Notes: generated from the letters alone by a model not told the origin. 60,016 bases of DNA, filler included, from 8 parts of 8 records of this genome joined end to end with filler, not necessarily neighbours in it, one strand, 5' to 3'; positions 1-10,078 are shown, numbered from the whole stretch's first letter. Numbers and translations are program-made.

Positions 1-133
1 TAACAATAATACGTATAAAGAGTAGCTTAAGAAGGAGGAGAGTTGATTCCCATGGTGCATAGTCAATTACAAATAAGAGGGTCTTTTCATACGCAAGAGG
101 TCATCGCCCCAAGTATCAATGCAGTATGGTATA

Positions 134-216
134 TCAGGCTGTAAGCCTGAAGTATTTAACTCCTATTATACACGGGATTGCGATTTATACCACCCCCACC
201 TAAAATTCAGGAGGGG
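134..216. repeat. Two REP-like hairpins (TCAGGCT-GTA-AGCCTGA; CCCCACCT...AGGAGGGG) downstream of the DUF748 gene
   Basis: Perfect 7-bp stem at 134-150; imperfect 8-bp stem at 194-216. Confidence 0.4.
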
Positions 217-241
217 AACTAAGCATCACTTTCAATTCAAA

Positions 242-2437
242 TTAGTCAATCGATACTTCAACTCTAAATCCCGGGTGTTTTAATTCCTGAGGCATATTTT
301 TAAAATCAACTGATAAAGTTTTTACCGAAGCAACTTTGCATGCCTTGGTTTGCGTCAGGTAATCATTAATAATCTGGTTGCGCTGTGCATACAAATCATT
401 AAAAACAGATTGAAGCTTATCTTTTGGAACCAGCAATTGGTATCGTTCTTTTATGCTCGTTTCTATGCTTTCCGGATAAGTTTTATTCAGATAGTTGATA
501 AAGTCTTCGTTGCTATCATCTACCTCTTGCCAGCTGGTAATTTTAGCAGGTGTTTTATCCGTTATATACTGTTGTTTAATGGTTTTTTCGGCCAGTAAAG
601 CCAGCTCTTCATCTACTGCGGTTTCCTGTCTGAAACTAAAAATTAATTCCTCTTTCTTCGTTAGTATTTCAGCTATCTTATCCAATACCTTACGCTGTGG
701 AGCCATCAGGGAATCCTGGGTGTATTTGAATGGAATCATCTCCAGTTCTTCGGGATGGGTTCCTACCAATCTGGCCAGAGAACCAAAAGGTTGAGTAGCC
801 GTTTTGGCAATAAACTTTCCAAAGGTTTTCCAGATTAAAGGGCCTAATTTAAATCCCGGATCGGAAGGATTACCACTTACCGGTAATTCAAACTCCACAT
901 TATCGTTGGCATCTTTAATCAGATATAAAGCCAGTTTCAATGGTAATTTATAAGCTGTGCTATCCTTTGTTTTTTTACCAAATTCAGGTTCCTGTACCAG
1001 CAAATGGTTTTGGTTATCCAGCTTCTCGGGTGTCATATCAATACGACAATCGTAATTAAACATGCCCGAAACAATCGGGTATCCCAGGTAATATTCGGTG
1101 TAAGGCGAAAAACTGTGTAAATCGAGTTTACTCACTTTTCCATCATAAAACAATTTAAGCGGGTTTTGAAGGCTAAAATGTGTTTCACCGGTAAACTGCC
1201 CCTCGTTGGTAAAATTCATGGCATAGCTAAGCGGAATAGCATCATTTATGGGTGAAAGATGATGCATACTGATGTTGATGTTTTTAATATCGTAGGCAAA
1301 CGGACGGTTTAAAGTGTTGTCCTCGAACAGCACATGACTGTTTTGAACTAAAATTGTATCCAATCGATAATATAAATCCTCAGCTTCTTCAGCATCAACA
1401 GCAGTAGAATCTGCGGGTTCTGTTTGTAAAGTATCCGATAGCACCGGATCAAAGAAGTATTCCCAGTTGCTCATTTCTTTGTTTAAAGCTGCCGAAATAA
1501 ACATCTGATCAACCAGCACTTTATCAATAGTAAAGCGCATTTTACCCAAATCAATCGAATCCAATACCGAAGCCAGGCTTATTGCTGAAGCCATTACTTT
1601 TCCTTTATCATCTTTTAAAGAAAGACTATCCACACCCACTTTTCCCGAAATCAGAATATTTTCAACCTCCTTCATATGTCCTTTAATGCGAATATCCGAT
1701 TGTAGGAGTCCATTTAACTCCGAAATATGCATGTAATCTTTCAGGTAATTGGTAAATGAATTCAACTGAATATTTTCTGTTCCAAAACCAATGTTATATT
1801 CAGATAATTGCTGATCGATATTGGCATCAATTTTAACCAACCCGCTTTCGCCAATGGAAAACTGAACGCCCATTTCGCTACTTCGGCTGTCCCAGGCTAT
1901 CAGCGGTAAGGCTAAATTCAGCTTATCAAATTGCAATAGGTTATCAATTTGTTTATCGTAATAATGCATTTCGCCATTGATCAATTCAATATTTCGAATA
2001 GAAAATTTCACGTTTTCCTCTTCGGTTTGCAGGGTATCTTGTTGTTCCACAACCACAGAATCGGCAGGGGGAATCATACTATCGAAGTTAAATGTTTCGC
2101 CATTTTGCTGTACATATACATAGGGATTCTCCAGGCGTATTTGCGAAACGGCATACTCATTACCCAGCATCTTCCAGGGATCGTAGTTTACCAATAACTC
2201 CTTGAAGTATACAAAAGTGTCCGTTTTATTTTCCTCGTATAAAGTAAAATCGCGTGCAATAAGCTGTACTTTAAAATAATTGATATGCAGCTCGTTTAAG
2301 CTAAGCTTACGACCAATGAGTTCCTCGCTATGCTTTACCACATAGTTTTTAATAATGGTAGAAAGGAAGAATAATAATACTAGTATTATAAAAGCGATAC
2401 TCTTTAAAATAAGGTACCTTTTTTTCAATTTCAGCAT
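242..2437 (-). CDS. DUF748 domain-containing protein (AsmA-like, N-terminal membrane anchor)
   Basis: 731-aa ORF; N-terminal TM; LKDANDNVEFELPVSGNPSDPGF and FSPYTEYYLGYPIVSG motifs typical of DUF748 proteins. Confidence 0.85.
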   Translation of the reverse strand: MLKLKKRYLILKSIAFIILVLLFFLSTIIKNYVVKHSEELIGRKLSLNELHINYFKVQLIARDFTLYEENKTDTFVYFKELLVNYDPWKMLGNEYAVSQIRLENPYVYVQQNGETFNFDSMIPPADSVVVEQQDTLQTEEENVKFSIRNIELINGEMHYYDKQIDNLLQFDKLNLALPLIAWDSRSSEMGVQFSIGESGLVKIDANIDQQLSEYNIGFGTENIQLNSFTNYLKDYMHISELNGLLQSDIRIKGHMKEVENILISGKVGVDSLSLKDDKGKVMASAISLASVLDSIDLGKMRFTIDKVLVDQMFISAALNKEMSNWEYFFDPVLSDTLQTEPADSTAVDAEEAEDLYYRLDTILVQNSHVLFEDNTLNRPFAYDIKNINISMHHLSPINDAIPLSYAMNFTNEGQFTGETHFSLQNPLKLFYDGKVSKLDLHSFSPYTEYYLGYPIVSGMFNYDCRIDMTPEKLDNQNHLLVQEPEFGKKTKDSTAYKLPLKLALYLIKDANDNVEFELPVSGNPSDPGFKLGPLIWKTFGKFIAKTATQPFGSLARLVGTHPEELEMIPFKYTQDSLMAPQRKVLDKIAEILTKKEELIFSFRQETAVDEELALLAEKTIKQQYITDKTPAKITSWQEVDDSNEDFINYLNKTYPESIETSIKERYQLLVPKDKLQSVFNDLYAQRNQIINDYLTQTKACKVASVKTLSVDFKNMPQELKHPGFRVEVSID

Positions 2438-2461
2438 GAGATGGGTTCTTTAGATAAAAGT

Positions 2462-2503
2462 AAAATCGGATAAGTACCTACAAAAATAAGAGACTTATCC
2501 GAT
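2462..2503 (-). terminator. Intrinsic terminator after acyP; its loop carries a TAnnTTTG (-7) element oriented toward the DUF748 gene
   Basis: Perfect 11-bp inverted repeat ATCGGATAAGT/ACTTATCCGAT (2465-2475/2493-2503) followed by a T run on the minus strand; TATTTTTG in the loop on the minus strand. Confidence 0.55.
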
Positions 2504-2531
2504 CAATAAACTTTTTAACCTTAAAATTCGA

Positions 2532-2801
2532 TTAATGTTTAATGCTAAAGTGATCGAAACCGAAAAAAGGAATGTCGTGTATAAAATAGTCATTCACTTC
2601 CGACATTCTTGGACCTTGTTTACAGACATTGATAAAACCAGATAATGCGTCCCGGTTTCCTTCTGCATCTATTTCTACCTCACCACCCGGAAGGTTTCGT
2701 ACATAGCCTTTTATCCCATGTGCGAGTGCTTTTTCTCTGACAAAAAAACGATAACCAACTCCCTGAACTCTACCGCAAACAATTAATTTTACCCTTCTCA
2801 T
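2532..2801 (-). CDS. acyP: Acylphosphatase
   Basis: GRVQGVGYR and GYVRNL..GEVE signature, 89 aa. Confidence 0.95.
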   Translation of the reverse strand: MRRVKLIVCGRVQGVGYRFFVREKALAHGIKGYVRNLPGGEVEIDAEGNRDALSGFINVCKQGPRMSEVNDYFIHDIPFFGFDHFSIKH

Positions 2802-2882
2802 AGCTATTCATTTTTGATACAAGTTACACGCAAAGCGCCTAAAATAAAAGGATTTTGAGGAATAATTACTTTCGGAAGGTGG

Positions 2883-2910
2883 TTAGCAGTAATCAGTAAA
2901 CAGTCAGCAG
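2883..2910. repeat. Degenerate heptamer tandem repeat (4 x TnnnCAG)
   Basis: ttagcag taatcag taaacag tcagcag. Confidence 0.6.
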
Positions 2911-2983
2911 AGACCAATTATCCATTAGGTAATTATTCTCTAATGTTCAAAATAGGAGCTGGCCACATGGTAATCTGTTAAAA

Positions 2984-3143
2984 TGATGCTAGAGGCATCA
3001 AATATTTATAGTAATGTATAAAGGCAGATGAATTGACTCCAGCGGAGTCACATTTAAAAGATATACCTAATGATATGCGACTCCGCTGGAGTCGTTTAAT
3101 GTACATCCAAAATTTCTTTAAGGATGTAACCCCTCTGGGGTTA
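2984..3143. repeat. Cluster of four REP-like short hairpins, two forward and two reverse (BIME-like)
   Basis: TGATGCT-AGA-GGCATCA (2984-3000), GACTCC-AGC-GGAGTC (3035-3049), GACTCC-GCT-GGAGTC (3079-3093), TAACCCC-TCT-GGGGTTA (3127-3143). Confidence 0.7.
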
Positions 3144-3174
3144 ATAGATGTATACTTATTACTAACCTATTCAT

Positions 3175-3209
3175 AAAAAGAGCCGCAACTTTTTACAGAT
3201 GCAGCTCTT
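3175..3209 (-). terminator. Intrinsic terminator of the GH43 gene
   Basis: Minus strand AAGAGCTGCA...TGCGGCTCTT followed by a T run, about 23 nt after the stop. Confidence 0.7.
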
Positions 3210-3232
3210 CATTCGTTTTATTTAAATCAGAC

Positions 3233-5398
3233 TTATTTCACTATTACTTTTTCGGTTGTAAATAATCCTCCTTTAGTAACAGTAACAATATACATTCCTG
3301 AACTAAATGAATGACCACAATTAACTGTCCATTCGTAGTTAGCTTCTTTGGAACTGATTAACCTACCGGATAGATTGTAAATTTTTATTTGAACATCATC
3401 GGTAATAAATGGTCCATCTAACTTCACTACAATATCTTTAGCTGTTGTAGAATAAACAGTAATTTTGCTTTTCAACTCTTCAATAGATGGAGCAGAAGTG
3501 TAACCATCCACATCAACTCTTTCCAGGCGGAATAACTGGTTGTTTCCACCGCCAAATGTCCACTGGTGGAAGTTGGCATTCTCATCGCTTGAAAAAGCCC
3601 ACAAGTCAATGGCACTGTCATCGGAGCTTACTTTAGTAAGAATATTAAAATACCCGTTATCCTGATAACTAAATTTAAACAGGTTTTTATTGGCAACAGT
3701 ACTGCTTCCTAATTGAATATTGGCTCCATCAGCTGCAGAACCACTGGTTACTTCCATATATTTGCCACTTGTACTTGAAACAGGTGATAAATAATGATAT
3801 CCATCTCCATTATCATAGATGGTCCATTTCTGTTGCTCTTTTCCGGTGTATGACTGTTGTAAAATATTATTGCCTGTTGCATCTGTACCGTTTAGTGTCA
3901 GAACCTTATTACTTTCGTGAACACGAATTACATAAGTTGCACCATCAATAACTGTATTTCGCCATTCGCGTACAGTAGCATTCTCTTTTTTACCCCACAT
4001 GCAAAGACCACCGGCATTCATACCGGTATACACAATAGTAGGACAACGTAATTCCCAATCCCAGGCTCTTTTCACAATCACCTGATCAATATAGGTTCCA
4101 CTAACCCAACTCATAGTCAGTAGTCCATCTGCATAAGACCAGGTATTTGCTGAATTTCCATCAATAGTACCATCAGCTCTAAGTTCAATGGCACCCGATT
4201 CATTCACATCTGTAACCTCTGTTGTACTATGAAAATCATATAAAAGTAATAAGTGTTCCCAATCTCCAATTAATTCATCAGCGCTAATATCACATTGTGG
4301 AATTTCGGTATATCTTTCAGGAGAAACCACAGGCCATCCATTGAGCCAATATAATTCCCGCATATGTAATACCATATTTGCAGGTGAAGTAAGTGGTCGT
4401 CCTTGATGGAACAGGTAGAAAGTTCCATTGTCGTTATAAACTCCGCAATGTCCGGTTCCTTGCCATCCCATATGATCTTTAAAACGATAAGGAGCTAATA
4501 TCATAGGAGAATTATCGGCGTAGGTACTCATATCAACTCCATTAATATCATAGTAAGGTCCGTCGGGAGAACTAGCACGGCCAACACGAACATTGTAATC
4601 ATCGCCCAACCAATCGTATGAAACAAAAATATAATAATAGCCATCGTTATAGATAACTTCGGGACCTTCAATAGCTGCATGTCTGTTACCACTTCTGGCG
4701 GCTACTTTTTTACCATATCCGGTTTCGGAGCTATGTTTTAAGCCGGTTTCCGGATCTAGTTGCACACAATACATTCCGGTCTGATACGAACCATAAATCA
4801 TCCAATACTCTCCATTTTCCTGATCTATCACCACAGTAGGATCAATAAAATTAATTTGGGCATCATCAATATAACCACCAACGATACCGCCAGCATGTGT
4901 CCAAGGTCCTTCCGGAGAAGTGGATGTAGCTAAAGCAATTCCTGCAGGTGCAGACGGAATAGAATAGTACATTCTGAATTGATCTCCCACCTTCATGATG
5001 TAGGGAGCCCATAAATTGCTTTCGGTAGAATTGGTTTTTCCAGTTTCATACAGGCTCTCAATCCAGGAAGTAGCGCCGGCAAGTGTTCCTTCAAAAGCAG
5101 TTCCTAAATATTCCCAGTTAATTAAATCCTGCGATTTACGAACCATTATACCATGAGGCGTTTCTTGTCCCCAGGCTACATCTGTGCAATATAGGTAGTA
5201 CCAATCCCCTTCTTTTATCATGGAAGGATCATGTACATTATACATCGTCCAATTGCTTTCATCCTGGGCATGTTCATGATAAGTATCAAAATACATGGGA
5301 AACTCATAGGTATCTGCATCGCAAACCTGCGCTTTTGAAGCCATGCCAATCCCCAGGAATAACAATAAAGTGAAATAGTGTAAAAGTCTTTTATTCAT
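3233..5398 (-). CDS. Secreted GH43 arabinan endo-1,5-alpha-L-arabinosidase-like enzyme: GH43 + GH43_C + ricin-type (CBM13-like) domain + T9SS CTD
   Basis: VHDPS, LWAPY, FIDPT and AIEGP GH43 motifs; QxW ricin repeats (QKW, NIQL, FHQW); C-terminal IYNLSGR...SGMYIV...KVIVK. Confidence 0.88.
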   Translation of the reverse strand: MNKRLLHYFTLLLFLGIGMASKAQVCDADTYEFPMYFDTYHEHAQDESNWTMYNVHDPSMIKEGDWYYLYCTDVAWGQETPHGIMVRKSQDLINWEYLGTAFEGTLAGATSWIESLYETGKTNSTESNLWAPYIMKVGDQFRMYYSIPSAPAGIALATSTSPEGPWTHAGGIVGGYIDDAQINFIDPTVVIDQENGEYWMIYGSYQTGMYCVQLDPETGLKHSSETGYGKKVAARSGNRHAAIEGPEVIYNDGYYYIFVSYDWLGDDYNVRVGRASSPDGPYYDINGVDMSTYADNSPMILAPYRFKDHMGWQGTGHCGVYNDNGTFYLFHQGRPLTSPANMVLHMRELYWLNGWPVVSPERYTEIPQCDISADELIGDWEHLLLLYDFHSTTEVTDVNESGAIELRADGTIDGNSANTWSYADGLLTMSWVSGTYIDQVIVKRAWDWELRCPTIVYTGMNAGGLCMWGKKENATVREWRNTVIDGATYVIRVHESNKVLTLNGTDATGNNILQQSYTGKEQQKWTIYDNGDGYHYLSPVSSTSGKYMEVTSGSAADGANIQLGSSTVANKNLFKFSYQDNGYFNILTKVSSDDSAIDLWAFSSDENANFHQWTFGGGNNQLFRLERVDVDGYTSAPSIEELKSKITVYSTTAKDIVVKLDGPFITDDVQIKIYNLSGRLISSKEANYEWTVNCGHSFSSGMYIVTVTKGGLFTTEKVIVK

Positions 5399-5592
5399 AT
5401 ATTTTAGTTTTTATTTCCGGAGGTAAATATATTTTAAAAGTTTTTTTAACAGGAGGTAAATAGTATTGAAGAGGTAGATAATTAAATAATAATTGAAACA
5501 TATGGATTCCATCAATAATCAGCAGAGTGTCTTAAAAATCATTAATAAAGAAAAACAATAAGGAAAAGTAATGGTTACTTTGAAAAAAATTA

Positions 5593-6432
5593 GTGATGAA
5601 GAAGCTTTTTACTTTAATCATAGCTTTGGGGATTGGCTTAATGCTGGATGCCCAAACATCCACGTATGTGTGTTCGTTTATCAATAACACCAATACAATT
5701 TCCATTCAGTTTAAAAAAATGGATGGCGAATATCATGGGATGCTTACCACTGCTGGAACAAACTTTGCCATGAAGGCTACTGAGCAACACAATCAGCTAA
5801 AAGGTAAAATATACGGATTAAATGGTCCTTTTGAATTTACGGCTACTCTTCAGGGAACGAGCTTGACTCTTAATTCCAATGGCGGAAACGAAGTGTTTTA
5901 TAAAGTGGCCGATACACATTTTATAGCCAATCTGGATTTAACCGTGTATATGGTAGATAATAGTAATTCAGGAAATACCGTCACCAAGCAAACGGAACCG
6001 GAGCAGATTAATACACAGGTAAATACAGCTACAAATAACAGCTCTTATCCGGCACTTAATAATCAGGAAGTGTTGAATTTGATATCAGGTAGTCAGCTGG
6101 TATTTTATCAGCGTACGTCATATGTAAGCGATAACATGGCCAGTTCTATTACCTATGTTAATTTTTGTCCCAATGGTTACTTTTCCATGAATTATGATGG
6201 ATCGTATAGTGTGAGTGGAACATACGGAGGAAATGCACAGGGAGCATCAAAAAGCCGCGACTTTGGTACCTGGAAGCTGGTTTCGTACGAGGGACAACCT
6301 GCCGTTTATCTGCAATATAGTAATGGCGAAACAAGCATTAATGCCTTTAATATTAACAATCTGCGAAATGGACGCTGGAAAATCGGCAACACCCAATATG
6401 CATTAGTACGAAATAAAGTACGGTGTGATTAG
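5593..6432 (+). CDS. Hypothetical secreted protein, two domains joined by an N/T-rich linker
   Basis: 279-aa ORF with signal peptide; C-terminal FCPNGYF...GTWK beta-rich domain. Confidence 0.7.
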   Translation: MMKKLFTLIIALGIGLMLDAQTSTYVCSFINNTNTISIQFKKMDGEYHGMLTTAGTNFAMKATEQHNQLKGKIYGLNGPFEFTATLQGTSLTLNSNGGNEVFYKVADTHFIANLDLTVYMVDNSNSGNTVTKQTEPEQINTQVNTATNNSSYPALNNQEVLNLISGSQLVFYQRTSYVSDNMASSITYVNFCPNGYFSMNYDGSYSVSGTYGGNAQGASKSRDFGTWKLVSYEGQPAVYLQYSNGETSINAFNINNLRNGRWKIGNTQYALVRNKVRCD

Positions 6433-6525
6433 TTGTTTAGCGTTTTTAAATAAAAATAATGATACAAAATAGAATCATTAAATTATCTTAAAGCTTAGTT
6501 CCCGATAGATAATAGAGATGATTTT

Positions 6526-7179
6526 TTACCAATTCACATACCAATAAATTACTTTTCTTCTTTCTTTACTAATTGCAACTCCTCTTGTAATACCGTGTTT
6601 CCAATTGTTAGGCATATACTCTCCACTTGCAAGACAACTATCAGGTAAGAATTTTCCCGCTTTTGCTTCCAATATTAATAGTTCAAAGTCTTTAGCTAAA
6701 TTACATTCTGTATTTCCAAAATTTTCCGAATCATCCCAGAAATTTGGAACTGGAAATTTACCTGTATAATCAACAACCTCAGTATAAAATTTTAATGTGT
6801 CTTTGAGAACTAAATTTTTCCTTTTATACCAGTTTTTTTCATTTGTAAATCTATTTACTACAAGCAATTTTTTCTGATTTGCACTATACTGAGCTAACGA
6901 TTTACTAGTCATGCTTTCATATATGGTATCTAAAACATCTGTAGGATATGTTACACTTAAAAAAGCAGTCTGTTCCATGTTTATATCAGTATCACTTGTT
7001 CGATACCCAATTGGTAAATACTCAATTTTAGAAGGAAAATGTTCGATATATTTATGATCATAAACATCTAAAACTTCTGCTTTATACCTTTGGTTAATTT
7101 GATGATATCTGTTGTTTAAGTAGTTGCATGAATATATCAAACAGACCATCAAACATAGGGTTATAGTTTTGTATCGCAT
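6526..7179 (-). CDS. Hypothetical lipoprotein
   Basis: 217-aa ORF, lipobox-like LIYSC. Confidence 0.65.
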   Translation of the reverse strand: MRYKTITLCLMVCLIYSCNYLNNRYHQINQRYKAEVLDVYDHKYIEHFPSKIEYLPIGYRTSDTDINMEQTAFLSVTYPTDVLDTIYESMTSKSLAQYSANQKKLLVVNRFTNEKNWYKRKNLVLKDTLKFYTEVVDYTGKFPVPNFWDDSENFGNTECNLAKDFELLILEAKAGKFLPDSCLASGEYMPNNWKHGITRGVAISKERRKVIYWYVNW

Positions 7180-7325
7180 AATTTCTATTTTGACTTTATT
7201 TTACGATTCTTCATTTCATCGCTATTGCATTGCGAGAATAGAATATCAACAAATATAATCTTTATGCCCACATACTCCGGCATATCAGCATTTTTTGGAA
7301 TAGATTAAAAAAATCTTCTTACTCA

Positions 7326-7351
7326 TGCAACTATCAAAAAAGTCTGTTGTC
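7326..7351 (+). promoter_or_regulatory. Possible ECF-sigma-type promoter of the TonB receptor
   Basis: GCAAC-N17-GTC about 100 nt upstream of the ATG. Confidence 0.3.
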
Positions 7352-7449
7352 TTTGAAATGAACTTAGTTTAAACCCTGCGCAAGGTTGTATAAATAATCA
7401 TCATACCAATTTGTTAATCGGCTAACATCAAGCCATAAAATGAGTAAAA

Positions 7450-9792
7450 ATGAGACGAACTTTCATTCTTATAATGGGATTATTGTGCCTAGGAACAGGA
7501 CTTTTTGCCCAGCACTTAACGCAAACCATTCGTGGTAAAGTGATAGATGCAGATACCAAAATGACCTTAATTGGTGCTGCTGTAGTTGTAGAAGATAGTG
7601 AACCTTTGAACGGAACCATTACCGGATTGGACGGCTCTTTTAGATTGGAGAATGTAAATGTAGGACGTGTAAACCTGCATATATCCTTTATGGGTTATGA
7701 AGATAAACATATAGCTAACCTGTCCATTAGTTCAGGAAAAGAAGTGGTGCTTACCATTCAATTGCGCGAATCATTGGTAAAGCTTAACGAAATTACAGTG
7801 AAGGGAAATGGCAAGAAAGGAGAAACGCTCAATAAAATGGCTTTAATCAGTGCCCGAACTTTCACTGTGGAAGAATCGCAAAAATACGCAGGTTCCTTAA
7901 GTGATCCATCGCGCATGGTGAGCTCCTTTGCAGGTGTTTCTAACGATCCATCTGGTAACAACGACATTATTATTCGTGGAAACTCACCAACCGGTTTATT
8001 ATGGCAGATGGAAGGTGTACCTATTCCCAATCCCAATCACTTTTCGGATGAGGGAACAACAGGAGGACCTATAAATGCCTTAAATAGTTCCATGTTGGCT
8101 AACTCCGATTTTTTTACCGGAGCCTTTGCTCCAGAATACGGAAACGCAATGTCGGGTGTATTTGATATTAAATTAAGAACCGGAAATAACGAAAAGCGTG
8201 AGAATATATTTGGTTTTGGCGTGTTGGGGACTGATATTACCACCGAAGGTCCAATAAAAAAAGGTTATGGCGGTTCTTACCTATTTAATTATCGCTATTC
8301 TTCGCTGGCTTTACTTACCAGTTTAGGACTAGTTGATTTTGAGGGAATCCCCAAATACCAGGATGCATCCTTTAAAGTTTGTTTGCCAACCAATAAAATG
8401 GGTTCCTTTTGTCTTTTCGGATTAGGAGGCAACAGTTCTATTGATGAGGAAGAACAAGATGAGGAAGAGGTCGTTCGATTTAAAGGAAATTATAAGTCGT
8501 ATATGGGCGTAGTGGGTGTAAACCATATGTTGCCTTTATCTGCTTCTTCATACCTGAAAACTTCGGTAGCCGTTTCCGGTAACGGAAGTCATTATAAAGG
8601 AAAAGAACTGGATTTAAGCGATGATCTATTTAAGGATTATGCCAAAGGAACCTGGGATAAAACCACGTTGTACACCAGTATAAAACACAGTCATAAGTTT
8701 AGTGCTAAGAGTAGCCTGACAACAGGTGTAAATTATGCACACTATTATTACGATATGGATTACAGTGGATTTGATGAAGATGATGAAAGATGGGAAAACA
8801 ACCTTGATTTTAAAGAAAATGAAGGCTTGGCTCAGGCTTACACCAGTTGGAAATACCGATTAAATCCAGAGTTAACATTGGTAAGTGGATTGCACTATAC
8901 CCATTTTTTAATGAATGATGCCAATGCAATTGAACCACGTATGGCTTTAAAATGGCAGTTTTCACCAAATAAGAGTATCAATGTGGGAGTTGGAAAACAT
9001 AGCAAATTGGAGAGTATTACAGCTTATCACGCTATAGTAACTGATGCCGATGGCAATACAACCACACCCAATACAAACCTTGAATTATCAAAAGCCATGC
9101 ACTATGTATTGGGTTATGAGCATCGCTTAAGTGCACAACTAAATGCCAAGATTGAATTGTATTATCAGGATTTGTATGATATTCCGGTTGAAAATGTGGA
9201 TACCAGCTATTTTTCATTAATCAATGAAAGCGACGGCTTTGTAGAAAAGGCGTTAGTGAATAAAGGTAAGGGTAAAAATTATGGTATAGAGTTAACTTTG
9301 GAGCGTTATTTCCATCATCAGTATTATTTTATGATGACGACTTCTTTGTATCAATCCAAATATAAGTCGCTTGAAGGCAAAGAAAGAAATACCCGCTTCA
9401 ATGGCAATTATGCTATAAATCTACTGGCCGGAAAAGAATTTAAAATGGGAAAAGGCGGTAACAATACCCTGGGCTTGAATAGTAAATTATTTTGGAGTGG
9501 CGGGCGCCGATATATTCCTTTAAATGTGGAAGAATCCTTTGCACAGGATAATGATGTCTGGCAATTCGATAAAGCCTTTAACGACAGGTTGGCGCATATT
9601 TTTCAGTGCAATTTTACGGCAACCTATAAAATTAACCGACCCAAAGTTTCCCACGAATTTTTTCTGGATATAGTGAATGTAACAAACAACCAGGCAAAAC
9701 TAGCAGAGTATTACAGTGATTACAATAAAAAGGTAGAATACATGCAGCAGCTAAGCTTATTACCCAACTTTATGTATCGGATTTATTTCTGA
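7450..9792 (+). CDS. TonB-dependent receptor with CarboxypepD_reg-like N-terminal domain
   Basis: TIRGKVIDADT..LIGA N-terminus; plug motif IIRGNSP...EGVPIPNPNHF; C-terminal YRIYF. Confidence 0.92.
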   Translation: MRRTFILIMGLLCLGTGLFAQHLTQTIRGKVIDADTKMTLIGAAVVVEDSEPLNGTITGLDGSFRLENVNVGRVNLHISFMGYEDKHIANLSISSGKEVVLTIQLRESLVKLNEITVKGNGKKGETLNKMALISARTFTVEESQKYAGSLSDPSRMVSSFAGVSNDPSGNNDIIIRGNSPTGLLWQMEGVPIPNPNHFSDEGTTGGPINALNSSMLANSDFFTGAFAPEYGNAMSGVFDIKLRTGNNEKRENIFGFGVLGTDITTEGPIKKGYGGSYLFNYRYSSLALLTSLGLVDFEGIPKYQDASFKVCLPTNKMGSFCLFGLGGNSSIDEEEQDEEEVVRFKGNYKSYMGVVGVNHMLPLSASSYLKTSVAVSGNGSHYKGKELDLSDDLFKDYAKGTWDKTTLYTSIKHSHKFSAKSSLTTGVNYAHYYYDMDYSGFDEDDERWENNLDFKENEGLAQAYTSWKYRLNPELTLVSGLHYTHFLMNDANAIEPRMALKWQFSPNKSINVGVGKHSKLESITAYHAIVTDADGNTTTPNTNLELSKAMHYVLGYEHRLSAQLNAKIELYYQDLYDIPVENVDTSYFSLINESDGFVEKALVNKGKGKNYGIELTLERYFHHQYYFMMTTSLYQSKYKSLEGKERNTRFNGNYAINLLAGKEFKMGKGGNNTLGLNSKLFWSGGRRYIPLNVEESFAQDNDVWQFDKAFNDRLAHIFQCNFTATYKINRPKVSHEFFLDIVNVTNNQAKLAEYYSDYNKKVEYMQQLSLLPNFMYRIYF

Positions 9793-9822
9793 TCATACAT
9801 CTAATTTTCAGATTAAAAAAGT

Positions 9823-9978
9823 ATTTCGCCTTCATGCAAAAGCGTTTAAAAAATTAGAGCATGAAGCGTTAAAAAAGAAAAGCTGTTTGAGCGTAGCGAG
9901 TTCTTTTCTTTTAGCGAAAAACGAAATTTTTTAGCTTTTTCATGTCAGCGGCGGTCTTCTTTGTTTACTTTCTTCGAC
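9823..9978. repeat. Intergenic repeat/MITE-like structured element, cut by the contig end
   Basis: AAAAGAAAAG...TGTTTGAGCGTAGCGAGTT...CTTTTCTTTT stem, then TTCTTTGTTTACTTTCTT; resembles a dispersed repeat family recalled from other genomes. Confidence 0.55.
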
Positions 9979-10078
9979 NNNNNNNNNNNNNNNNNNNNNN
10001 NNNNNNNNNNNNNNNNNNNNNNTTAATTAATTAANNNNNNNNNNNNNNNNNNNNNNNNNNNNNNNNNNNNNNNNNNNN
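9979..10078. other. Artificial contig linker
   Basis: 44 N + TTAATTAATTAA (stops in all six frames) + 44 N. Confidence 0.99.

Noticed and set aside
10023-10034. Recurring TTAATTAATTAA palindrome
   Set aside because: Artificial six-frame stop linker embedded in N runs; ORFs that run into X residues are truncation artefacts.
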